A stretch of 57,753 bases of DNA, taken from the IMG/VR virus record IMGVR_UViG_3300022181_000117, positions 1-57,753 of that record; one strand, written 5' to 3'. Below are positions 1-7,426 of this stretch, one piece after another (position 1 is the first letter of the stretch; every line of letters starts with the position of its first letter). A model generated the notes under the pieces. It worked only from the letters and a program-made list of their open reading frames with translations. It was not told the origin of the DNA and did no database searches. A program made the position numbers and the translations under genes. This DNA comes from a virus (taxonomy: Duplodnaviria; Caudoviricetes).

Positions 1-672
1 TTACTTCGCTAGTGTATCCGAAATCAGGATCTCCCTCGGGCCCGCGCTCGTGTCCAAATGCTTCCAGAGGTACCAGGAGGCCACCGAACGATATGGCCGC
101 CATGCATCTGAGATTCTTTCCAATGGCCAGCTTTCTCCAGTTTCCCCGTAAAGCATTTTTGCGGCGCGTTGTAGGCCGGCATCTCCCAGAGCGAGCACGT
201 CCGGTCTTCTCAGTCCGAAGATTAGAAACATTTCAGCGGTCCAGCGGCCTATCCCCGGCAATTCAGTGAGGATGGAGATTACATCATTGTCGGATTGGTT
301 TTTCAAGTTGTCAAAATTTAACCGGCCGTCGGTGGCACGGGCCGCCAGTTCGAGAATATAGCGAACTTTTGCTGCGGACAGCCCGGCGCTTCGCAATGTG
401 TCAATGGAGGCAGCCAGAAAGCGCCGAGGGGTGAAGGGGACCGAAACGATCTTAGAGACTCGGCCTTTGATGGTGTCAGCGGCTTTTGCAGACAGTTGCT
501 GGCTTATGATCGAGGCTGCGAGCGAGTGAAACGGGCGGAACTCCCGTTCAGCGAGTGGACATGGTCCGTGCAACGATAGAAGGCGGGCCATGACCTCATC
601 AGATCGACTCAAATGGTTTTCAGCTTCACGCATAGCCTTTTGGGTCAGGGTAAGGTGCTCAAACTTTGTCAT
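1..672 (-). CDS. alkA: DNA-3-methyladenine glycosylase II (AlkA/HhH-GPD family)
   Basis: SIISQQLS, helix-hairpin-helix LPGIGRWTAEM, catalytic D (LGDAG) and WRPYRS motifs. Start taken at MTKFE (672); the ORF extends to 729. Confidence 0.88.
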   Translation of the reverse strand: MTKFEHLTLTQKAMREAENHLSRSDEVMARLLSLHGPCPLAEREFRPFHSLAASIISQQLSAKAADTIKGRVSKIVSVPFTPRRFLAASIDTLRSAGLSAAKVRYILELAARATDGRLNFDNLKNQSDNDVISILTELPGIGRWTAEMFLIFGLRRPDVLALGDAGLQRAAKMLYGETGESWPLERISDAWRPYRSVASWYLWKHLDTSAGPREILISDTLAK

Positions 673-728
673 TGAGTTCCCTGTGCCGACAATCGGGAGC
701 TTATTGGTAAGTCGCAAAATGCCAATCA

Positions 729-1199
729 CTAAAGGTGTTGGGTCGCTGTAAGTCCGCTGGTCAAAGCTGCTCTAATCTTCATTATACATGCAGGCAAGTC
801 TGCTGCAAGTTCGTGTTCCCAAAATCGAACAACGTTGATCCCCAGCGATGTTAGGCGCTCGGTGGTTTTCCTGTCCCGTTCTTGGTTTCGCGTGATCTTT
901 TCTTGCCAATACTCGTTATTGGTCTTAGGCACGTGCCCACAAGCAGGACACCCATGCCAGAAGCAGCCGTCAACGAAAACGGCCAACTGCACTTTCGAAA
1001 AAAAGAAATCGGGTCGCCCTAAAATGTCCTTGGGGTGCAAAGTCCACCCTGCAAGCCGCCCCTGGACCATGGCCATGCGCAGTCGCTGTTCGGTCGTCTT
1101 GTTTCCTTTGCCGCGCACAGCGGCCATGGCCTTTGATCTCGTTGCGGAAACGTCCTGGAATTTCCCGCCCGGCAGTTTCTGCCGTAGCTCACGTTCCAT
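729..1199 (-). CDS. vsr: Very short patch repair endonuclease
   Basis: RSKAMAAVRGKGNKTTE, GRPDF, FVDGCFWHGC and RFWEHE are canonical Vsr motifs; lies downstream of a C5 MTase. Confidence 0.93.
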   Translation of the reverse strand: MERELRQKLPGGKFQDVSATRSKAMAAVRGKGNKTTEQRLRMAMVQGRLAGWTLHPKDILGRPDFFFSKVQLAVFVDGCFWHGCPACGHVPKTNNEYWQEKITRNQERDRKTTERLTSLGINVVRFWEHELAADLPACIMKIRAALTSGLTATQHL

Positions 1200-1231
1200 A
1201 AATTAATGCCCTCATCGAAAAACGCGGTGTA

Positions 1232-2404
1232 TTAGCTGCGCCGTTTGGTAGTATGGCGATTGTTAAAATATAAGCTGTCTTGTTGCTCAAGTCCGCCGCC
1301 TGTAGAAATATCAAGAATCGCATCCAAAAATCCTTCACCAGCTTCGTGAGAGCGGATTTTAAAATAATCAACTATACCTTCAGTAACTTCGGTGATTGAA
1401 TAGCCAGTAGACCGCGCAGCAGACAAGAAGGCCTCTTGATATAGACGGAGAACTAGGTTTGCACCATGGCGGGACCCTGTGAGCTGAAAAAACGCAGCCT
1501 GCCCAACAAGAACTCTTATTAAAGGTGCAGCCTTTTCGACACCTTTTTTTGATCTATGTCCTATCAGCGTATTTCCCACTAACGCGTCATAAAAAATATC
1601 AGCTGAATAATGGTCAGACAAAAATTGCAGTTGGTCTCCGAGCCTTTTTCCATCCCCGCCTTTTGCAGAACCCGTTTTGCTCTTAATTTGGTGAATCCTG
1701 ATTCGCTCACCTTCTTTTGTTGGTGGCTGAACCAGATCAGCCCCCGGGAACGGGTTGGTAGTGTAGTCAAATGCCTCTTGGTCTTCACCTCGGGGTTCCG
1801 GAATTCGGACGTTGCCGCGCATAAGGCCCAGCACATCCTCATGCAAATGTCCCATTAGCCCTTCAATAATCATCAGAGCTTTATGTGATACCGTAGCGGA
1901 TATAGCTCCGTCGAATTCGCCCTGATATAGAAGATATTGTGCCGCTGCTAAGATAAAAGGATCTAATACATCTCCCTTGTTGCGGCCAACTTCCATATCT
2001 TTGGCGGTTTTTGGGAACGTGGCAACTATCGACACAACCTTGTCGCGCACAAAAGCTACTGAAAAATCAGGGTCATCAAATGCCCGAAGCAGCATAGCGC
2101 GGGTAGAGAGTCCTGTGGAAACACGAGGAATTGCCTGCTCTGGATATCCTTGGTCGCTCAGCAAGGAAGAAAAAAATCTAGTAAACTCTCCAAAGGATTT
2201 ATCGGCAAAATCGGCTGCACTCACTGATACTAACCGTTCAGGTGTGGCAACTTTAATACGCAGTTGTTCAAAGATTGTAGAGAGAAAATCGAAGGCATTC
2301 GAGAATGCTAGTTCAAATGCATTTCCCTGAGCTTTAATGATCGCATCCTTCAAGGGACTTGAAAGACGATTAATTGGGTTATCAGACAGAACGTATTTTA
2401 TCAT
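1232..2404 (-). CDS. Putative type II restriction endonuclease (PD-(D/E)xK-like)
   Basis: Lies between the MTase and vsr and overlaps the MTase stop (start MIKYV at 2404). Has EGLMGHLHE...GADLV...HQIKSK, a catalytic-like pattern. Low GC. Confidence 0.65.
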   Translation of the reverse strand: MIKYVLSDNPINRLSSPLKDAIIKAQGNAFELAFSNAFDFLSTIFEQLRIKVATPERLVSVSAADFADKSFGEFTRFFSSLLSDQGYPEQAIPRVSTGLSTRAMLLRAFDDPDFSVAFVRDKVVSIVATFPKTAKDMEVGRNKGDVLDPFILAAAQYLLYQGEFDGAISATVSHKALMIIEGLMGHLHEDVLGLMRGNVRIPEPRGEDQEAFDYTTNPFPGADLVQPPTKEGERIRIHQIKSKTGSAKGGDGKRLGDQLQFLSDHYSADIFYDALVGNTLIGHRSKKGVEKAAPLIRVLVGQAAFFQLTGSRHGANLVLRLYQEAFLSAARSTGYSITEVTEGIVDYFKIRSHEAGEGFLDAILDISTGGGLEQQDSLYFNNRHTTKRRS

Positions 2405-3662
2405 GCTCCATATCCAAAAATGACAATTGAACAGCTGGCTTTTTTCTATTGTTGCTTGCGTAAGACCTGAGCTTTCGTATGGCTTTTTCTGCCAAAGAAG
2501 ACAACTCTTCCTTAGACAGTTCATACTTATTAGTAGCCGATGAAAGGGTACTAAGGACACATGTGCCCAATGCCCGACCCAGTTGGGTGGGCACAGCATT
2601 GCCGATTTGCTGGTACTGTTGGTTCATGGCTCCCAAAAGTTCCCATTCGTCAGGGAAACCTTGAATGCGTTTATATTCATTAACTGACAGTGGACGATCA
2701 CGTTCGGGGTGACACAGGGCTGTACCCTTGCGGTTTGCTTTTGTTGTAAGAGTTGGAGCTGGACTATCCCAAGCCAAACGACGCATGAATCCAGTCTTCC
2801 CCCCTCCCGCGTCAAAAGATCCGCCCAAGGCCTCTTTTTGTTTCTCGATGGGTAAATCTCTCCAGTTACCGCCAGGCGGCACATTCCGAAAAATCAGTGC
2901 GATTCGATCGGTATATATGGAGTGGACTCCAGGCGAATCGACTAGGTCAGAAATCGCGTCTTGCAAAGTGACATAGGGTAGGAGAGGTGGCAAACCATGT
3001 GTTGGCCTTGGAAGTCCCATTGCTCCAACATCACGAAATCCAAGCATACAAAACCGAATTCTCTTTTGTGGTGCTCCATAATCCGCCGAATTGAGAATCC
3101 CGAAGGTAATCGAATATTGAAGGGCGTGTATTTCATCCAACAAATATCTGAAGGCGCTACCCGAGAGTTCATTGTCTGCAAGGGCTCTGTTGTTATCTTC
3201 ACCCGTTACATCCTCTCGGCTATACCGTGCTAAGTTCCAATGTTTGCCTGGTCTTAAGTGAATCGGGCGGTGCTGCAAAGCAGCCGTCAAAAGATTGCCT
3301 ACGTTCTCAAAAATGAACGCTTGTGGTTTTAGTGCATTTACAAAGCGAAAGTACTCAAAAATCAAATTGCCGCGCGGATCACTTAGACCAGATCGCTTGC
3401 CCGCACTAGAAAAACTTTGGCACGGAGGACCGCCGACCAAGATTATGGAGGAATCAATACCAAGAGTTTCGGCAATATCGACTGGGTTTAAATCCGATAC
3501 AGACCCCTCAAATACCCGCACTTGCGGGCGATTGCGTCGAATCGTCGCGCAACACCATTTGTCTATCTCACAGCACGCAACTGTTTCTATGCCGCTTTGC
3601 TCTAGTCCTAGATCAAGCCCCATGGCCCCGGAAAATAGTGATATGGTTTTGTATCTTTTCAT
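2382..3662 (-). CDS. DNA (cytosine-5)-methyltransferase
   Basis: Motif I FSGAMG, IV GGPPCQSFS, VI FENV, VIII QKRIR, X QIGNAVP. Confidence 0.96.
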   Translation of the reverse strand: MKRYKTISLFSGAMGLDLGLEQSGIETVACCEIDKWCCATIRRNRPQVRVFEGSVSDLNPVDIAETLGIDSSIILVGGPPCQSFSSAGKRSGLSDPRGNLIFEYFRFVNALKPQAFIFENVGNLLTAALQHRPIHLRPGKHWNLARYSREDVTGEDNNRALADNELSGSAFRYLLDEIHALQYSITFGILNSADYGAPQKRIRFCMLGFRDVGAMGLPRPTHGLPPLLPYVTLQDAISDLVDSPGVHSIYTDRIALIFRNVPPGGNWRDLPIEKQKEALGGSFDAGGGKTGFMRRLAWDSPAPTLTTKANRKGTALCHPERDRPLSVNEYKRIQGFPDEWELLGAMNQQYQQIGNAVPTQLGRALGTCVLSTLSSATNKYELSKEELSSLAEKAIRKLRSYASNNRKKPAVQLSFLDMEHDKIRSV

Positions 3663-3733
3663 ACTTGGGCTGGCCCTCTCCGGTTCAGTTTGTGGGCGGG
3701 TGGCAGTGTTCCCTGCAGAGGCAGGGCACCTGC

Positions 3734-4060
3734 TTACCTCATGGTCATCTGCTTGGGTTTGGTCCTTGTTCTCCTCAACGCTTCGGCCCGATCCGGGCGC
3801 GGAGCGCGCAAACGTCCCGGCTCGTAGTTTGTTGCATCGACCTCGAATTTCATAATTCCCAGTTTGCGCAAAAACTCAGCAGCCGTATTAAGCGAAGCAA
3901 ACCGTCGAAAGTCACCGCGCGAGCTGGCGAGCATTTTTTCCGCCTCCCCATAGCGGACCGTGACAGCAAAGCCACCTGGCTGCCCAACTACACATGCGGA
4001 TCTCACGGAGCTGGCTTCAACTAACTCCCGCAAAGTGATCTCTTTAATAGTCTGCATCAT
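3734..4060 (-). CDS. Small conserved mobile-element protein, first gene of the R-M operon (possible regulator)
   Basis: Protein-like 108-aa ORF co-oriented upstream of the MTase; preceded by a promoter with an inverted repeat. Confidence 0.65.
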   Translation of the reverse strand: MMQTIKEITLRELVEASSVRSACVVGQPGGFAVTVRYGEAEKMLASSRGDFRRFASLNTAAEFLRKLGIMKFEVDATNYEPGRLRAPRPDRAEALRRTRTKPKQMTMR

Positions 4061-4093
4061 GCTACCTTGTTCGCAAGCTCTGATGAAGTTAAT

Positions 4094-4130
4094 AACGTTA
4101 ACACTAAAGGCATTTAACGTTGTTTGTCAA
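4094..4130 (-). promoter_or_regulatory. Sigma70-like promoter with overlapping inverted-repeat operator
   Basis: TTGACA (4130-4125), 18 bp, TAGTGT (4106-4101). Inverted repeat AACGTTAA-N12-TTAACGTT at 4094-4121. Confidence 0.5.
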
Positions 4131-4192
4131 TCAGATAATGTAATTGCCCAGAAATTCATTGGCATAAAGGTTGCCGTGCAGGGCCTGTTTTC

Positions 4193-4516
4193 TCACTCCA
4201 CCTCCACATACCCGAAATTGAACTCGTTCACCCCGCCGCCCTGCATAGTGAGAACGAATTTCAGGGTGTGCTTTCCCGCGAACTGTGCACCGGGGTATTT
4301 CAGCTTGATTTGAACGATGGGCGACATGACGACCGGTTCACCGTCCATGAGGTTTCCGGTCGTCTCGACGTCGCCCTGCCAACTCGTCACCGCGGCATCA
4401 TTGATGGGATCGCTCTCGGGATTGGGAAGCGCGGCGCGGAAATTGAAAGCGTAGGGCCCCCATTGCGCGGTCGATGCGTTGACGGGAATCCTTGAGGTCT
4501 CGAAATCCAGAGGCAT
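4193..4516 (-). CDS. Phage tail-associated hypothetical protein (beta-rich)
   Basis: RBS AAGGAAAGGGG before ATG 4516 (MPLDFE); last gene of the late operon. Confidence 0.6.
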   Translation of the reverse strand: MPLDFETSRIPVNASTAQWGPYAFNFRAALPNPESDPINDAAVTSWQGDVETTGNLMDGEPVVMSPIVQIKLKYPGAQFAGKHTLKFVLTMQGGGVNEFNFGYVEVE

Positions 4517-4536
4517 ATCGTCCCCTTTCCTTAAAA

Positions 4537-4653
4537 TAATTCGGACATTCCTTCCATAATTCGGATACTCCACAGCCGCCGCCATGGCGGCTTTTTCTTT
4601 ACCCAGCGCCGTTCTTAATTCGGACATTTTTCATAATTCGGATATCCGAATTA
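4537..4653. repeat. Cluster of TAATTCGGA(C/T) half-sites ending in a perfect 20-bp palindrome
   Basis: Copies at 4537, 4557, 4616 and 4634, plus an inverted copy forming TAATTCGGATATCCGAATTA (4634-4653). Confidence 0.85.
4574..4600 (+). terminator. Intrinsic terminator-like hairpin (T-tract on + strand)
   Basis: AGCCGCC-gccat-GGCGGCT followed by TTTTCTTT. Confidence 0.5.
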
Positions 4654-4663
4654 CCACTTATTG

Positions 4664-5134
4664 TTACGCAAATTCGACCTTGATGGACGTGAGGTCGTTG
4701 TTCAGGTTCGTGCAGCCGGCCGTCACGGTGCGCCTGAGCCACAGCCTTTGAGCGGCTCCAACGGCGATATCGGGGATGCTCAGCTTGCTCGACGGCGTGT
4801 AATGCGCGAAGGTGACCCCCGAAGGCGCCGTGCTCTCGTTGGGGATCGTTTGCGTTCCGGCCTCGAGGCCGAGATCGAGCTCGGTCTTCGGACTCGGGGT
4901 GTCCGGGTCGATATAGACGGCGACGGACTGCGCCGCGGCGTTGCCGTTGTTGTACACGTCGACGGCCCGGTATTCCACGTCGCCGGCGGCCGCCTCTTCC
5001 GGGCTCACATTGTCGAAGAGGTTGTTCATGGCCGTGCCGCCGACCTGCGTGCTGCTGCGCGTCCCGCCAAGCGAGGCGTTGGGGTCGCTGTTTCCCGGCC
5101 CGCCGGTGAGGAAAAATTGGATTGAGGCCGCCAT
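4664..5134 (-). CDS. Phage virion/tail-associated protein
   Basis: G/S/T-rich; DPNASLGG...NNLFDNVS...EYRAVDVYN pattern of phage structural proteins; RBS AAAGGAG. Confidence 0.65.
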   Translation of the reverse strand: MAASIQFFLTGGPGNSDPNASLGGTRSSTQVGGTAMNNLFDNVSPEEAAAGDVEYRAVDVYNNGNAAAQSVAVYIDPDTPSPKTELDLGLEAGTQTIPNESTAPSGVTFAHYTPSSKLSIPDIAVGAAQRLWLRRTVTAGCTNLNNDLTSIKVEFA

Positions 5135-6022
5135 CTAATGTCTCCTTTGCAATGCATGAAAGGTGAATAATTGTGGTGTGGATTCAAACGAGAAGCATTC
5201 CCGCGACAGGACAAAACCGCTCTCGACCGGACCGGCTTCGAACTCGAACGGCGCACCGACGACCGAGAACCGGAACCGCCGTGCATCGGCGCTGAAAACG
5301 ATCTTGCTTTCCGTAAGGTCCGGGAGAATTTCGGCGATGATCCGCCATGCGATGTGCCGGGCGAGCCGGTTGAGCACTTCCCATCCGGATTCAAAATCCT
5401 CTCGCCTTAGAATCCTCCAGGAAGTTTCCCATTCGGATTCCCCGAGGATTTTCCAGGACAGGGCGCATTCGGCCAGGTTCCCGCCAAGATCCTGCCAGGA
5501 GATTTCCACCGAAAGACGGTTCAGCACCTGCCAGGCGGTTGCGGCCTCCAGGTCGGCAAGAATTCGCCATGCCGTCCCGCATTCGCGGGTATTGAATATC
5601 CGCCATGCCGTTTGAGAGGAAATCCCGGCAAGCGCCCTCCAGGCAAGATCGATCGAGGCCTTGGCGAGTATCCGCCAGGACAGGCCGGGGCTCTTCGCGT
5701 TCAGCACGCGCCATGCCGCATCCCGCGAAAGACCGGCAAGGACCCTCCACGCGGTTTCGAACGCTCCGGCGTCGATCACCCGCCAGGACGACTCTGCGGC
5801 AGCTCCCGCCATGACGCGCCATGCCGTCTCGAACGGAGCCGATGCATTGAGAATCCTCCACGACGCCTCGCGCGAATTCGCGTTCAGGGTTCGCCATGCC
5901 GTCGGGCATTCGACGAAGACGGCGGATGCAAAGGAAAAATTCACCGCATCGTGGACCGGAGGCGTATAGGCGCCGGCCAGTTCGAAATTGACGGCGTTCG
6001 CCGCCGGAGGCGTGTAGCTCAC
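5135..6022 (-). CDS. Tail-fibre-like protein with ~16 12-aa WR(I/V)L repeats
   Basis: Periodic (T/S)AWR(I/V)L units; duplicated N-terminal YTPP...VNF motif. Confidence 0.65.
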   Translation of the reverse strand: MSYTPPAANAVNFELAGAYTPPVHDAVNFSFASAVFVECPTAWRTLNANSREASWRILNASAPFETAWRVMAGAAAESSWRVIDAGAFETAWRVLAGLSRDAAWRVLNAKSPGLSWRILAKASIDLAWRALAGISSQTAWRIFNTRECGTAWRILADLEAATAWQVLNRLSVEISWQDLGGNLAECALSWKILGESEWETSWRILRREDFESGWEVLNRLARHIAWRIIAEILPDLTESKIVFSADARRFRFSVVGAPFEFEAGPVESGFVLSRECFSFESTPQLFTFHALQRRH

Positions 6023-6027
6023 ACCCT

Positions 6028-6408
6028 CTAGCTCCCCGGAGTCAGGTTGTCGTGAATGCGCCCGTCCGCGCTCTTATTGGGATCGAGGCAGACCACGAAA
6101 TACTCGGCGACGCTTCGGAGCGCCTCGAAGCTGTAAGCGCCCGCCGGGTTCGTTTTCGTCATGGAGACGAGCTGCATGGACGCGCGGTCGTAGAGTCCCA
6201 TCATGGCCCCGGAAACCGGGTTTTCATCGGAATCCGTGACGATGCCGGAAAGCGCTCCCGAATGCGCGAAAGATACATTCTGGCTGAAGTTCTCCATGAA
6301 CGCGCCGTGATTCAAAGGGCTGTAATCCCCGTGCATCAGGCGCAGATTCGGGGTGCGGTACTCGCAAAAGACCCGGTTGAAATGCCCGATCGATCCAAGA
6401 TCCGCCAT
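6028..6408 (-). CDS. Tail-associated protein with Ig/prealbumin-like (carboxypeptidase regulatory-like) domain
   Basis: LSGIVTD...PVSGA...T.TNPAGAYSF pattern. Confidence 0.55.
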   Translation of the reverse strand: MADLGSIGHFNRVFCEYRTPNLRLMHGDYSPLNHGAFMENFSQNVSFAHSGALSGIVTDSDENPVSGAMMGLYDRASMQLVSMTKTNPAGAYSFEALRSVAEYFVVCLDPNKSADGRIHDNLTPGS

Positions 6409-6418
6409 GTCGCGCTCC

Positions 6419-7369
6419 CTATCTGAAATTGATTGCGTCCCACGTGTCGCTGATTTCGATCAGGACGCAACTGTTGTAGATGCGAAATACCTCGACGGTT
6501 TTCCCATTCGCATTGGAGCTTGCATCGCCGCTGATAACGTCGCCCGTCGTGAACGAACCCAGCCTGTGACACGGCGCCCAAATACCGGGAAGCCTTCCTC
6601 GTATGATGCCGTATGTTGCGGTGGTATCCGGTTCGGTAATATAGAAGGGCGTCAGGAACAGGCTGCCCAGTATGGGATCCGGATAAAACGGATAGTTGGC
6701 GGTATTGGAGGCCATGTTCTCGGCGACCGCCGTAAGCCCGGACATCGGGGTTTTCCCGCAGGCAATGGAATAGGCGGCGCCGTCGTAGCGCTGCGAGAGA
6801 TAATGGCCGGAGACGGGGGTGTGCGTGGCGTTCTTGAAATTCTGGAATTGGCTGCCGCTGTTTGTGCTGCCGGTTGCGCCGATCAAGACGGTCCCGTTCG
6901 CATCGGAGGTCTTGTAGCTGACGAAATCCCCGAAGCAGCTGACCACGCCCGCAATTTGGTTATTGCTGTAATCGACGTAGAGATAGAAGATCTTCCCGTT
7001 TGAGATCAATACCCACGGATATCCCGATCCGGCCGCCTTGCAAAAGTACATTCCGCCCGACAGTTGCGCGTCCGTGGGGAACGGGTTCGTCCCCGAGCCG
7101 ACCGCGACGCCTGCGGCGGTGGCCACGGAAAACGCCCGGGCCCTGGCCGCGGTCGTGCCCGTATCGTCGATTCCCAAATAGAGGCGGTTGCCCGTCGGGG
7201 CGCGGTAGGTGGCGAGATTGGTCCCGGAGAATTCCTTCGTCCAGCCGAGCGCCGATTTGCTGCCGTACCCGTTCACCAGGCACGCATCGAGAATGGCGAT
7301 GAGTGCCCCGGCGGTGTTGGACAGGGTGGGAGCCGAATCGTCCGTTGATCTGAAAATGGAGATGGCCAT
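6419..7369 (-). CDS. Virion structural / tail fibre protein
   Basis: N-terminal STDDSAPTL...LDACLVNGYG...GWTKEF and C-terminal RGRLPG motifs typical of phage tail proteins; RBS AAGGAG. Confidence 0.7.
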   Translation of the reverse strand: MAISIFRSTDDSAPTLSNTAGALIAILDACLVNGYGSKSALGWTKEFSGTNLATYRAPTGNRLYLGIDDTGTTAARARAFSVATAAGVAVGSGTNPFPTDAQLSGGMYFCKAAGSGYPWVLISNGKIFYLYVDYSNNQIAGVVSCFGDFVSYKTSDANGTVLIGATGSTNSGSQFQNFKNATHTPVSGHYLSQRYDGAAYSIACGKTPMSGLTAVAENMASNTANYPFYPDPILGSLFLTPFYITEPDTTATYGIIRGRLPGIWAPCHRLGSFTTGDVISGDASSNANGKTVEVFRIYNSCVLIEISDTWDAINFR

Positions 7370-7426
7370 GTGTTCTCCTTATGGTGTGAAAATCGACAGC
7401 ACAATGTGAAAAATGGCCGCACAATG

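Noticed and set aside
2405-2599. N-terminal extension of the REase ORF
   Set aside because: Overlaps the conserved MTase motif X; the ATG at 2404 is more plausible.
4537-4653. Mini CRISPR array
   Set aside because: Repeats are only 9-13 bp with irregular short spacing; no cas genes.
5135-6022. Tape measure protein
   Set aside because: Trp periodicity is reminiscent, but the protein is short and there are no tail tube or chaperone genes; the architecture is podoviral.
4193-7369. Diversity-generating retroelement or shufflon at the tail genes
   Set aside because: No reverse transcriptase, no TR/VR pair and no invertase seen; the hairpin and repeats alone are insufficient.
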